Shown here one piece after another: positions 1 through 11,376 of a DNA stretch of 64,000 bases. The notes beneath the pieces are model-generated. The model was not told the origin of the DNA and made no database searches. It worked only from the letters and a program-made list of their open reading frames with translations. Source of the stretch: Pelagomonas calceolata (Eukaryota); assembly GCA_918797485.1 (NCBI GenBank), contig CAKKNE010000003.1, positions 682,001 through 746,000 of the forward strand, read 5' to 3'. Both the position numbers and the translations under genes were made by a program. The first letter of the stretch is position 1, and every line of letters begins with the position of its first letter.

Positions 1-138
1 CTTCTCCGCAGCCTTCTCGGCCGGCTTCTCTGATAGTAAGCGCCGCGGTGCGCGCTGAGCGCTGCGCTGCGACGCGCGGGCGAGTAGCGCACGCGTGCCG
101 CTCGCCGCGGCGCGGCTGGCCAGCCTGCTGAGCATCAT
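1..138 (-). CDS. 5' end of a gene running off the window; mitochondrial-type presequence
   Basis: Reverse strand from ATG 138/135 reads MMLSRLASRAAASGTRALLARASQRSAQRAPRRLLSEKPAEKAAEK; R/S/A-rich, no acidic residue until RRLLSE. Confidence 0.6.
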   Translation of the reverse strand, partial: MMLSRLASRAAASGTRALLARASQRSAQRAPRRLLSEKPAEKAAEK

Positions 139-624
139 GGTGAGTGGCTTTGTGTGCGCTGCGCGCGCGGCGTTTTCAGAGATGAGCGACAAGCAACTTG
201 AAAACCAAACGAAACGATGAGTTCGCTGTCGCAGCGATGCACCCGCGGCTCTGCAGCAGCAATGTGAATGGCAGTGCTGCTTTGCCCACTCAAAAGTGAA
301 AGGGAGAGTGCCATCGACCAACCCTCGAGGCGTCTTCGCACTCGTCGGAAGGTGGAGGAGACGTCTCGCAAACGCCCAGCTGCCCGTGCCTGCGCCCCGC
401 GGAGGAACACACCATCCTCGGAAGGAAATTTTAGCAGCGCGCAGCTCCATCGTGCAAGGCAGTGTCACGTGTTTTTGCCACGTAGTTCTCCCTATCATCA
501 CGTACGAATAGTCGCTTTTGCATTGTTCGCCGCGGTTTGCAGGCTGCCCTTTGCCAGCCGAAATTTTTAGTGCGGTCCGCATTGCGCGCAGCGATCATTT
601 CCGCGCGACGCAGGCGCCAGCACC

Positions 625-1246
625 ATGGTCCAAATCCACGAAGTGGCCGAATCCACGAAGGAAGCAACGGACGAAGGGGCCAAGGTCACCACCGTGTCGG
701 AAGGCGCCGACGCCACGGCGGCGCCGCCGGCCGAAGACAAAAAGTCGCTATTGATGAGCCTCGGCCTGCCGGAGGAAGTGGCCGACGCGGCCATCGCGAG
801 CGACGGTGACGGCTTCAAGGACGGGGCGTCGCGGGTGTCCATGTTCTACTCCCTGAAAGTTAACGACGACGCCAAGGCTGAATGGAAGGATCACTACCTA
901 AATTACACAAAAGGCGCCAAGGCCTCGAAGGGCCACGTCAACGTCTCGCACTCGTACAACGAGGAGACGCGCGAGGTGATCTGCATCGAGACTATCACTG
1001 GGAAGGATGCGATGAGCAACCACATCGGCAACTGCTTGCCGCACTACGCTCAAATGCTCGGTTGTGGCGCAAGAGGCGGCGTCCGTGTTCTTGGTCGCTT
1101 CTCGCGTCTCAACGTTACTCTACACACAGGTTGTCATGAAGGAAATCATCTGCGTCTGCGACCCGGCGGAAATGGACTGGTTCAAGGCGTCCCTCGCGGC
1201 CTGGCAGCCGGAGAGAATGGTCTGCACGCCCGACCACTGCCCCTGA
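625..1246 (+). CDS. Hypothetical protein, 2 exons (625-1068, 1130-1246)
   Basis: ORF 625 joins the ORF 1064 frame through a GC-AG intron 1069-1129 (gcaagagg...tacacacag), giving ...MLGCG|VVMKEIIC... Confidence 0.6.
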
Positions 1247-1277
1247 CGAACACTAGTAACATTCCACAGTACGATTA

Positions 1278-1757
1278 TCAACTAGGCCACGCGTCGACCA
1301 CGCCCACGTTTGTCGTCGCCGGCGGCGGTGCACTCGTCCGCCGCGCGACGCGACCTCGTATGCGCGCATCCACGACGGCCGCGCAGCGCGAGCACGCGCG
1401 CACGTAGCCCTCCACGGCCTCGCGGTCGAGCGACGCCGCCGCGCGCTGTACTGAATCGGGGCCGTCGTGGCCCTGGCAGAACCGCAGGGGCAGCCGATGA
1501 TTCGAGCAGCCGTCGCAGACGCAGGCGCCGCAGCGCCGGCAATGATGCCGCCGTCGCAGCAGAAAATTGAAGTGCTTGCCGCAGATCATGCACGCCGGCG
1601 TCGACCCGTCGGGCACGCGCGTCAGGCCGCGCGTCGCGAGGTGCTTCCGCCACGGCGCGTCGAGCGGGTCGCCGTCGCCGATCGGGGCGGGGAGCGGCGC
1701 GGCCACCGGCTGCGGCGACTCGCGGCCGGCGTCGGCCAAGCTCTGGTAGCCAGACAT
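1278..1757 (-). CDS. FYVE zinc-finger protein
   Basis: CMICGKHF..RRRHHCRRCGACVCDGCS...VRACSRC FYVE signature. Confidence 0.85.
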   Translation of the reverse strand: MSGYQSLADAGRESPQPVAAPLPAPIGDGDPLDAPWRKHLATRGLTRVPDGSTPACMICGKHFNFLLRRRHHCRRCGACVCDGCSNHRLPLRFCQGHDGPDSVQRAAASLDREAVEGYVRACSRCAAVVDARIRGRVARRTSAPPPATTNVGVVDAWPS

Positions 1758-2020
1758 TTGACGGCTCAGTTCGTGTACTCGTTGGTCGTTTTGCGCAACA
1801 ACTGATATGCGTGCGTACTCCTCGCTGTTTTGCCCAACAACTGATGTGCGATGCTTCCGTGCGCACGATTACCTCCCTCTCAGCCCAAAGCTTGTAAAGT
1901 GCCGGTGTATCGCTGCCAGCAGCGGTCACTCTAGGCGCTGAGGGCCCAAAGCTGGTGCGAGGACGCGTATCTATGCGCGTAGCTCTGCAAGCCGGCCGCG
2001 CAAAACCTTGAAAGGTGGAG

Positions 2021-2042
2021 CTAGCGGCATGTAAGACACTAG
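2021..2042 (+). promoter_or_regulatory. CTAG-bounded promoter-region motif, copy 1
   Basis: CTAGCGGCATGTAAGACACTAG between the divergent FYVE and GluRS genes; identical to 7979-8000. Confidence 0.65.
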
Positions 2043-2249
2043 GCATCTAGCAAGCACCAAAGTAGGGCGCTGAAGGCAGTAGCAGTCAAAAAGACTTGTT
2101 TCGCATCAATTCGAAACGCTGATAGTGCCCCCTGTAAATTGCCGCTGCCATTTGCGACAGCTACGGTGTGATTTGCCACCATCACCACAAGGCTGCCCTG
2201 ACGCTGCCGCCGCAACACAGCTCTCCAAGCGGCACAGCTCAAAAAACAG

Positions 2250-3869
2250 ATGCGCCGCACCCTCACAACAACAACCAAAGCAGTACGGCTCCGCTTCGCT
2301 CCCTCGCCGACGGGCGCGCTGCACGTCGGCGGCGCGCGCACTGCGCTGTTCAATTACTTGTTCGCGCGGAAGTGCGAGCTCCAGGGTGGCGACGCTTCGT
2401 TCCTGGTGCGCATTGATGATTCCGATAGCAGCCGCACGGTTCCGGGCGCGGAAGAGGCGATCCTGAGCGACCTGGCGTGGCTCGGCCTGAGGTTCGGCGC
2501 ACCGGCGCGCTGTTCCGATAGAGCCTACGCTTCTACCGTCGATCAGCTGCTCGCGCTGGGTCATGCTTACCGCGATTTTGGCGGCGCCACGAACTGGCGC
2601 GACGCGAGCGACGCGGAGGTCCGGCCGCTGCTCAACGACGGCGTGCCGCACGCGGTGCGCTTCCGCGTGCCGCGACCGGACCATCCCGTGCCGCATGTGG
2701 TGGAGGACGCCGTGCGCGACCTGCGCTGGGCCGACGTGCGCCGGACGCTGCGCGAGGACTTTGTACTCGTGCGGCGCGACGGCGCGCCGCTCTACGCGCT
2801 CTGTGCTGTTTGTGGCCTGTGCGGTATTCAAGCGCCCGCGCCGTCCCCGCGCCTGCTCGACGGCGTGTTCAAGCGCGCCGCGCCGTCGACGCGCGCGCCT
2901 GCTCGACGGCGCGAAACATCACCACGCGCAGGCCGCCGACGACGCGCGCGACGGCATCACGCACGTCGTCCGCGCGGCGGAGCACGCGTCGAACGCGCTG
3001 CCCCAGACGCTGCTGCTCGACGCGCTCGGCGCGCCGCGGCCGCGCTACGCGCACTGCTCGCTCGTCGTTGATTCCGGTGCGTCCCGCGGCGTCCCTCCTT
3101 CGACGCGCGCGATCGCCGCTCGTACGCCGTCGACGCGACCCCGCGCGCAGACGGCCGGAAGCTCTCGAAGCGGTCCGCGTCGGTTGCCACCGTCGCCGCC
3201 TTACGAAAAGACGGCTGCACGCCGCTCGGCGTGTGCGCCTACCTCGCGGGGCTCGGCGGCCGGGCGCCGCAATCAATAAAGTCGCTCGACGACCTCGCGC
3301 GGAGTTTCGAGCTCGAGGGCCTGTCGGCGGCGCCGTCGACCTTCGACCGCAAGCAGCTCGACGAGCGCGACGCGGCCGTCGCCTTCACTTCCAAGCTCGG
3401 CGCGGCCCAGCTAGCTGTAGCTGTCCGCGCGCGACTTTCAGTAAACGGGTCGCCCGCGGCGTTGGATGAGCTGGCCGGTGCGGCCTGCGCGGCCTTCGCC
3501 GAGGACAAGCTGAACGCAATCGGTGTCGTGAGTGCATTGAATGAAGCTTTAACGCCGGACCGCGACGGCATGGTCGAGGCGGCCGCCGCGCACGGGACAA
3601 TCGCGCGGCGGTTGGTGGCGGACCGGGCGGCGCTGGGCGCCGTCGTCGACGCGGCGTCGTGGCGGGCCTACGCCGACGAAGCCATGGAGCAGCTGGGGCT
3701 ATCGAAGCGTGGCGCCTTCCTCGCGCCGGCGCGCCGGCTCCTGACGGGGCGCAAATCGGGGAGCGACGTCGGCGCACAGCTTGGGCTCGCTTCGCTTGCT
3801 TGTAGTCTTGGGGTGGCGGAGGCGGTGGACGTGGAGGGGCGGGTGGGGGTTTTGGGGGGGTTGTTGTGA
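2250..3869 (+). CDS. gltX: Glutamyl-tRNA synthetase-like (organellar/bacterial type), 3 exons (2250-2807, 2932-3076, 3151-3869)
   Basis: RFAPSPTGALHVGG (HIGH-like), RIDDSD, DDARDGITHVVRAAEH, KLSKR; GT-AG introns 2808-2931 and 3077-3150 restore the frame. Confidence 0.85.
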
Positions 3870-4656
3870 TTTATGTTTTTTGTGTTTTCCCCAAAACCTC
3901 TGGAAACGCGAGTTTCCGCATCAGAGGCATAGGAGAGACGAACCAGATACCTCTTGGCGCCGCTAAAAAAATTAGGTTTTCCATCTGCAAATCGAAACAG
4001 CTCTCAGGCGATCTGTTTTTGATGCCCTCACACCGCTTCGATATTGCACTTCAAGTCTCCAAATTGGGCGAAGCGTACGCCAACAAGGAGAACTAGAATC
4101 TCGGCAAGCAAAACGCACTCGTAACAAGGGACACAAAAATTGCTCTGCGAATTTGGTTTTTGGTTCCAGCAGCCAAGCAGGCGTCCGCGGGCTCGAGAAA
4201 CTTTCCTGCGCCGCTCTGTGAGGCCTACACGTACGTGGCGAGCACTGCCGCTTCTCTCAAGTATCTCTGATACAGACGCGACGAGGTCGGAGCCCTCGTC
4301 GATTCGCGGCGCCCCATTTTTTTTGCGCAAAGGGGTATGATCCGCTGGCTCATCATCTTGGCTACCGCCGTCGCGCGGTTGGGCGGCGGGCCAAATCTCG
4401 TCGAGAATGAACACGTCGTCGAAAAAATTGGAAACGCGGCCAAATCGGACGTCGCCGCGGAGGCGCCATCGAGATCGGGTGCTGCCGCGCGTGCTGAGCG
4501 TTGCCCACAGATCGGCGCCATGACCATGGCGCCGGCCACAACCCATGATGATATGCGCCGCACCCCCCCCGCCCGGCTAAGATTCGTGGTTTGATTCATT
4601 CCGCGCAAACAGTGGAACAGGGGGGCGGCACGTGTGCGCCGCCGTATTGTACGCCA

Positions 4657-7600
4657 TTACGCAAAGTCACTGATCCTGGCAACGCGAGCCATGGTAGGGC
4701 CAGTCCTGAAGCGCAGATCACGTAGGCGCACACCCAACTGATAGAGTTGAGGGGTCATCTTATCGTGCACGAGCTTGAGCGTCGACGCACCTGCGGCGAT
4801 GGCTGGTGGCAATTCTAGCTGCTCCGTCGACTCGCACGTAAACAGCCGGTGCAGCTCTTTTTGCCAGGCGATGGTCACCATCTGACCGTCCGTCTCGTGG
4901 GCGCGGTGCTCAGCAAGCAGCGGCAGCACGACGTTGCTGCAGTCGTCCTCTGCGTCGTGTGTTTTCGCGAAGACGAATCCACCCCAATTGTCGCCGACCT
5001 CACTTGTTTTCTTCGCCCATTCGTGCAGGGCGGTCACGATCGCCGATTCAAAGGTGGGAAGCCAGGCCTTAAGTTGGTCAGGGTTGCCCTTTGCTGCCTT
5101 CGTCAATGTGTCCATCAAGGACTTGGATTCCGGACTTTGCGATGTTCCTTGGCTGATTGTGCGAGCGACCCCACGCCGCCGCAGCGCCGAGGCCCGGTCC
5201 TCGATGCGAACGCTTTGTAGTGCCTTCTCGCGCCAGGCCCGCAGCCCGGCCCGCGCCGCCTCCCGCCGCATCATGGCCGCGACGCGCTTGAGGACCGTCG
5301 CGCGCCGGCCAGCTGCGCCAATGTCCAAGCGCGCATGACGCGCCGTCGCCCACGCGATGCGTAGCGAAACACACATTTCTAGAACACGCCGCTCGATCAG
5401 TAAAATTTCGCGGTATGCGTACAGCGGGAAGGGTGGCTTGTCGAGGTCTTGTTCCGCGTTGGCGATCGACAGCATGCTCAACTGATATGCGACGGCGTCC
5501 AGGCCAGGCTTCGCACCGTCGGCATAGGGCTGGACGTCGAGCCGCCGACGCTCCGTCAGTGGCGTAGGCCGTTGCCACCACCGCTGGGAGATCCCACGGC
5601 TTCCTGGAGCGCCGAGCTGGTCGCTGGTGACGTCGGTCTCATTCATTGGCTTGGTCACGTACTCCAGCGCGTCGCGCAAGTGGTGCAGGATCGAACGCTG
5701 TGCGACCCACTCGTTGACACGAGCGGAAGTTCGCCCAAATGAATTTTCACATACGTAAAAGACGCACACACCGAGGACGGACGCAAGCGCGCGGTTGGCG
5801 ACGGAGCTGTGGCGCTGCTCGGGCCCGAACCCGTGCGCGATGATCGGCGCGGTGCTGTGTGGAAATTAACCAGTGAGTTAGGTTGTCCTCCACGCCATCG
5901 AGCCGATGGGGTGGCCGAAATTTGATTTCCACACAGGCGCGAACAAACACGCGACGTACGACTGGTAGTCGGCCGAGGTCGCACTCGCGATGAGGAACGG
6001 CCCGCAGATGGCACCCCAAACGGTCAGGCCGACGACGAGGATCGTGTTACTACACATTTCTGTGTCGCAGACGTCGGCAATGAGACCCAACAGCATCATG
6101 GCGTACACGGCGCCGAGCAACGTGCCGTAGACACGCTGCGACGTGATACGCTTTGACGAGCCCACCGAGTTGCACTGCACGAAGATGACGGTGAAGAGCA
6201 TCGTCGCGCCCTGCCTCTCCATCAGATGTGAGTCGCGCAGCTCGTCGACCACCTCGAAAAGCATGCACACGATCAGCGCCATGCTCAGCTTGACCGCGCG
6301 GACGACCTCTGACGCGTTGGGCCGGCGCCACGCGCGGCCGCCGCCCGTATCGAGGGTGCACACCGTCTGGACAATGAACGTGGCGACACCCGCACACGTC
6401 CACTCGAGGACGGGCTGCCGGTGTACCGGACGCTGCGCCAGCACCGTGCGCGCGTGCTGCTCCACGAAGAAGAGATGGGCCATGCGACGCGTGTGGCGCT
6501 CGATGGATTCGGCGGTCGGTGGTCCACAGTCCTGCGTGTAGCACACCTGACGGCGCGCAAGCTGGACTTTTTCGCCGAAGTTCTGGATGCAACTATCAAG
6601 CTCGCTCCAGCATGCGTCGCTCGGTTCGCGGCGCTCCATCTCCGAAAGGATCATCTCGTCGTTCACCGAGGTAACTGCTAGCTCCAGGGCGTCCCAGCTT
6701 GGGTCCATGAGCTCCAGAAAGGCAACCTGGTCCGGTTGGTCGTCGACGCTTTGCCCCCCCCGACTTTTGTCGACGGCTATGCTCTTCGAAAGAAGCATCG
6801 GCAGTTGGCGGTCGAGGTGTTCAAAGGTGTTACGTAGGAGATGAATTTGCGTCGGGGACCAGAAAACCTCGAGCATCGCGTTGCGCCGCAGATCGTGCAT
6901 GTGCAGCGCGTTGCTGCGCAACGTCTCGGTGATTTGCGCGGACTGCGCGATCGCGGCGTCGCTGTTCGTTTGCGCAATGACGTGTTGCGTGCGCGCGAGC
7001 ACGGATATGGCGCGAGCCTGGTAGGCCATGCGCGCTCGGAGCTCGTGGACCGCGTACATGCCGTACGGAAGTATAACAAAAACGAGGCCGATGGCCATGC
7101 CCATCAGCGACGAGACGAGCTCCAGAAACGGATGGTACCATACGTCGTAGCGCGCGGCGAGCGTCCCTGCGACTGGTTCATGGCGGCTGCGCAACCGCGC
7201 GAGGCCGTTGTAGCTGCCGGATACGAGGCAGAACAGCCTATATATAAATCAAAGGTGAAATCTCGAAAGAAAACGTCGCGTCGATGGCGTGGAGGTTGAT
7301 TTCGACACAGCGTCGAGCAACATCTGCTTCTCAGATTTCGTCAAAATAGGCGTGATCGTCACCGCGACGAAGAGCGCGCCGAGGATACCCGAGAGGAGTC
7401 CCGTCGATTGCGCCAAGTTGTTCAGGTCAGCATCCGCCGCGACAGTGACCTCTACCGTCGCGATGGCGAGCAACGTGCCGATAGTGCAGCCGCGCGCCAT
7501 CTCAATGCAGCCGGTCACCGCGCCGCCCACGCTCGAGGCGATGGCGAACGTACCGTAAAAGTTCGCCAGGATGGGCCACGTGCCGAACACGGTTGTTGAT

Positions 7601-7818
7601 GAAACGTGATCCGAGACGGCGTAGAGCATCGTGGCGCAGTAGATGACGCCCATGCGGACGGACCATTCGACGCGCCGGCGCCCGAGCGTCATCATCACGT
7701 TGCCCGGATCGTTCAACTCCACCCACGGTTTGCTTGCCGTCGGTGGATTTTTGACGCCTTTGGGGGACAGATGCGGCTGTTCCTCATCGCTGTCTTCCGT
7801 CGACACGCCCGCGCCCAT
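4657..7818 (-). CDS. ALMT/FUSC-like membrane transporter, 3 exons (7818-7319, 7237-5945, 5854-4657)
   Basis: Two hydrophobic blocks, SQRVYGTLLGAVYA, spliced junction VACF|TAPII; the three ORFs join in frame after removing two introner introns. Confidence 0.7.
5855..5936. mobile_element. Introner element (intron 5855-5944 on the minus strand)
   Basis: TIR ctgtgtggaaat...atttccacacag; GT donor exactly 8 nt outside the TIR; partial TSD gttcgcgc/caccgcgc; internal hairpin ccacgccatcg/cgatggggtgg. Confidence 0.85.
7238..7310. mobile_element. Degenerate introner (GC-AG intron 7238-7318, minus strand)
   Basis: Ends ctatatataaatc / gatttcgacacag; GC donor 8 nt outside the TIR; splicing gives KQML|LFCLVSG in frame. 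Confidence 0.75.
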
Positions 7819-7978
7819 GCTTCACGAGGCTGCCCACGACACCCTTTGGGGCAGCGTAGCAATGCAGATGTCTTGGCAGCCTCCGGAGGCTGCCGCGGGC
7901 GCTGCGTGTGAGTTGATCCGTTGCGGCGGGTACCCCACGCGGTGATCGCTCCCGCTTTTGCTTGCAGCCCGTTTTCAG

Positions 7979-8000
7979 CTAGCGGCATGTAAGACACTAG
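7979..8000 (+). promoter_or_regulatory. CTAG-bounded promoter-region motif, copy 2
   Basis: CTAGCGGCATGTAAGACACTAG in divergent intergenic DNA. Confidence 0.65.
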
Positions 8001-8156
8001 CAAGCTGGGCAGGGTGAACTTTATGCGGCTGTGAGGCTCAATTTGTTGCCACAAATCTGGAAGGAGTCGCGCAGCACGAGTGCGACGCAGTGCTGCACAA
8101 ATTTCGGGTTGCAGAGATCGATACTGCATCGCTAACAAGTGGCACTGACAGCAACC

Positions 8157-8579
8157 ATGCGCCGCTGCCTCCTGACGCTCGCAACGGCGCACGCCCTGCG
8201 CCCAAGCCTAATGCTGCTTCCCGGCGCGTCGACCGGCCGCATCACCGAGGACGAGGCGCGAAAACGCACGAGCTGGCCGCACTGGAAGCGCGAGAGCGAC
8301 TGGACCGCGGACGAAGAAGAGGCGGCAGTGGCGCCCCCATCACCGACGAAGCCGCAGAAGGCGTACACGCTCGCCTACTTCCAGGACCGGGTGAAGGCGC
8401 GCGCGCGCAAGGAGGCGCTGCTGGGCCTCGTGGCCGCGACGGGCCGGCTCTGCGACGCGGCGCGGCGCGACGACGACGTCGAATCTGAGCTGGCAGACGT
8501 GCTTCGAGCACTCACGGAGGTCGCCACCGAGCGCGACGTGCCACTCGACGCGCTGGCGCGGCGGATCGACTCCTCCTAG
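8157..8579 (+). CDS. Signal/plastid-targeted small protein, possibly MazG-like fold
   Basis: MRRCLLTLATAHAL signal peptide; ESELADVLRALTEVA resembles the MazG ELADV motif. Confidence 0.5.
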   Translation: MRRCLLTLATAHALRPSLMLLPGASTGRITEDEARKRTSWPHWKRESDWTADEEEAAVAPPSPTKPQKAYTLAYFQDRVKARARKEALLGLVAATGRLCDAARRDDDVESELADVLRALTEVATERDVPLDALARRIDSS

Positions 8580-8631
8580 CGGCGACGGCGTGGCCGGGGA
8601 ACGGTGCTCCGAACTAACTAATACTTGTGTT

Positions 8632-9981
8632 TTACTTGGCCACGAGCGGCCCGAGGGGCTCGTGGTACTTGGCGTCGCGCGTGAAGACGAGCGACCCGAG
8701 GAGCGCGTCGCCGTCCTTGACGAGGTCCTCGTCGGCCGCGAACGACTCGCCGTCGCCCTCCTTCGCGTCGCCGTTGACGCGCCGCCAGGCGTCGTAGCAG
8801 TCGCCGACGGCCGCGAAGAGGACGTGCTCGGCCGTCGAGAGGGCCGCGGCGTCGGCGTCGAAGGTGAGCTTCTTCGCGCCGTAGCGTTTCGGGGGCGCCG
8901 ACGCCGCGACGGCGGCGTCGCGCCGCGCGTCGGGCACCGCCGGCAGGTGCTCGAAGGCCGCGGCCGTCGTCGACGCGTCGAGGTGGCGCGGCGCATCCGC
9001 TAAAGGAAAGCCGACCTTTTCCCGCCAGCCCTGGCCCGGCGCGTACAAAGGGAGCCGCGCGCGCTCGACGCCGCAGGCGAAGGCCGCCGCGCGCGCGAGC
9101 TGCGCGTACGTCGCCGGCCCGAGGTCGTGCGGCCGCACGGGGCCCGCCGTGACGACGCCGAGCGGCGTGTCGCTGGCGACGACGGCCTCGACGAGGCGCG
9201 CGACGTCGGCCGCGCGGGCCGCGCCGACGAGCATGGGCGGGCCGCCGGCGCGCGGGCCCGGGCCTGGTATCGGCGCCATGCGGTTCCGCGCGAACCTTTC
9301 GAAGAAGTAAGCGAGGGGGTGGTTTCTATATTGAAATGCCTCGTCGCAGCCCCTCGCGCCGAGCACCAGCTCGCAGCGTACGACGGAGGTGCCGCCCGGG
9401 AAGTGGTTGCGCGCCGCGGTCTCCAGGCCGGGCGCCAATGCTTCGTCCTTGTTGCTCAATTCACCTCTCTTCCCGGAGCCGTCGTCCGCCGTGAGGGCGT
9501 CTCCTATTATGCACAACGCGTCCACTTTGAGGGATTTGGCCGTCTGCGCGCGCTCGGCCGCCGCGTCGGCCGTTAATGACGACGCGTCGACCAGAATCTT
9601 TCGTCTTGTAGAATCCCCCTGCGCGAACAGCGAGGTGAGGGCCTCATCATAGCCGCTCATGCCGTCGGCCGGCGTTAACGTGCGCACGCACTTGAGCGCT
9701 TGGAGGGCCTTCGCGTCGGCGCCGTCGCCGTCGGTCGCGACGCCCACGCCCACGCCTTCGAGCTCTCTTAGGGAACTCGCGAGCTCGTAGGCGACGGCTG
9801 CGAGCGACGAGCGGCTCCGGTGCAATATAACCACTTCGGCGTCCGCGAGCGGCGGGAAGGCTGGCTCCTCATCTTCTTCGGCGGCGCGGAGCGGAGCCGT
9901 CGCAAATGTCCGCGGCGCTCTCGGTACGAATCCTGCCACCGATGCGACAGCGCTGATCACGGCTACCTTGCGAAGCGCCAT
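8632..9981 (-). CDS. Plastid-targeted Rossmann-fold protein, CSP41/epimerase-like
   Basis: MALRKVAVISAVASVAGF bipartite presequence; YFFERFARNRMAPIPG resembles CSP41 WFFDRI..GRPIPIPG. Confidence 0.55.
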   Translation of the reverse strand: MALRKVAVISAVASVAGFVPRAPRTFATAPLRAAEEDEEPAFPPLADAEVVILHRSRSSLAAVAYELASSLRELEGVGVGVATDGDGADAKALQALKCVRTLTPADGMSGYDEALTSLFAQGDSTRRKILVDASSLTADAAAERAQTAKSLKVDALCIIGDALTADDGSGKRGELSNKDEALAPGLETAARNHFPGGTSVVRCELVLGARGCDEAFQYRNHPLAYFFERFARNRMAPIPGPGPRAGGPPMLVGAARAADVARLVEAVVASDTPLGVVTAGPVRPHDLGPATYAQLARAAAFACGVERARLPLYAPGQGWREKVGFPLADAPRHLDASTTAAAFEHLPAVPDARRDAAVAASAPPKRYGAKKLTFDADAAALSTAEHVLFAAVGDCYDAWRRVNGDAKEGDGESFAADEDLVKDGDALLGSLVFTRDAKYHEPLGPLVAK

Positions 9982-10260
9982 GGATCCTCCAGATCGTCGG
10001 AGGCGGTCCTTGCAACGACGCTTACGACTGCCAACTTTCCGTTGCGCAATCGCTGCGGCCACGGCAGCCTGATTTGCAGGCAGCTTGCGCTCGTGCCTGT
10101 GAATGCGACGAGCCGTCCGTCGAGCAAGTAATGTCCACGGAGTCGTGCCCACACGGAGCTCTCCCGAGGACTCCTCGGTGTGGCTGGCCGCGCGGGAGAC
10201 CGCCTTCTGTCTTGCGTCCTGCCCGGGGCCGCGCGGCGGGTAGTTATTCCAATATAATAC

Positions 10261-11073
10261 TTAATCTCCCGGAGATTTAAGCTCGGTCGCGATGGCCTTG
10301 CCCACCTCGCGGAACCGCTTCTGGACCATCGCGACGAGCAGGTCCGCGCGGCCGCCCAGCTTCGCGTACTTGCCGTGCGCCTGGATCGTGACCTTCTTGA
10401 CCTGCGCATAAACCGACCAGTGAGCGGACCGATCCACGAGACGAAGACGCCGCAACGAATTTGATTTTGGACGCGGCGTGTTCGTGCCCCGAAAGCGACG
10501 GCCATCGCGACAATCTCCCACGCCGCCCACACGGGCGGCGGGAGCGATTTCGCCTCGGCCTCCGAGAGCGGGGTCGATTCCCAACCTGCGCCGCGATATA
10601 AACGCGCGCGTGGGCGAAATTACACAGCCGCCACCAGCCCCGGTCCACATCTCGTCACCGTCCGGCAGGAAGCCGTCGACGACGGCAATAATATGCCGCG
10701 GGAATACCGGCGCCTTGCACCGCAGTTCTAGCGCCCGCTTTACCTCCTCGAAAAACTTGGTGTCGGCCGTCGCAAAATCCGGTTTCGCCCGGTCGGCGAC
10801 CCAAACCTCCAGGGCCAGAGGCTCTTCGCAGGTGGCGAGGACGCACGAGGCGTCTGCTTTCACGCCTGGATACGCGCCGAGCAATACGGCTCGTTGCGGC
10901 ACGAAGTGGACGGCTTTGCGGCCTGGGACAATGTCACAGTCACTCCTCCTAAAGTGTCGTGCGCGGCCGCCGCCTTCCGTCCAGCGGTAACCGTCTTGCT
11001 CGAAGACCTTCTGGAGCGGGCCGTTCGGCACGCGTGCGGTCGTGAAGGCGACGGGAGCCTCCTGATTTTGCAT
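10261..11073 (-). CDS. Hypothetical protein, 3 exons (11073-10635, 10585-10488, 10401-10261)
   Basis: Introns 10586-10634 (GT-AG) and 10402-10487 (GC-AG, introner relic) give MWTGAG|WESTPL...AVAFG|VKKVTI. Confidence 0.55.
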   Translation of the reverse strand: MQNQEAPVAFTTARVPNGPLQKVFEQDGYRWTEGGGRARHFRRSDCDIVPGRKAVHFVPQRAVLLGAYPGVKADASCVLATCEEPLALEVWVADRAKPDFATADTKFFEEVKRALELRCKAPVFPRHIIAVVDGFLPDGDEMWTGAGGGCVISPTRAFISRRRLGIDPALGGRGEIAPAARVGGVGDCRDGRRFRGTNTPRPKSNSLRRLRLVDRSAHWSVYAQVKKVTIQAHGKYAKLGGRADLLVAMVQKRFREVGKAIATELKSPGD

Positions 11074-11376
11074 GCCCCAACCAGGCAATTTTGCAGGCCA
11101 ATGGATACAGAAACCCGCGGCGCGGAACGTTAGGAGACGCGTGCTGGCTGTCGCAGGCGCTCCCCCGACGCTTCGCAACGCCGCGAAGCCAACGCACACA
11201 AACGCGCGGGTATTTCGGTCGGACGGGACGACTTGGCCCTCTCTATATATTCGAACTCTGCATTACTCGGACTTCTAACCGGCGCACGAGGCGGCTGCAT
11301 TATGGTACGTAGTTCTGTGAATTAGCGCCATGGGAGGAATAACGGCCGCGACGCCGCGCGATGACTCCTGGTCTGT

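Noticed and set aside
2021..2042. CTAG motif as a MITE or recombination site
   Set aside because: No TSDs or conserved interior, variable spacer, strictly one per upstream region
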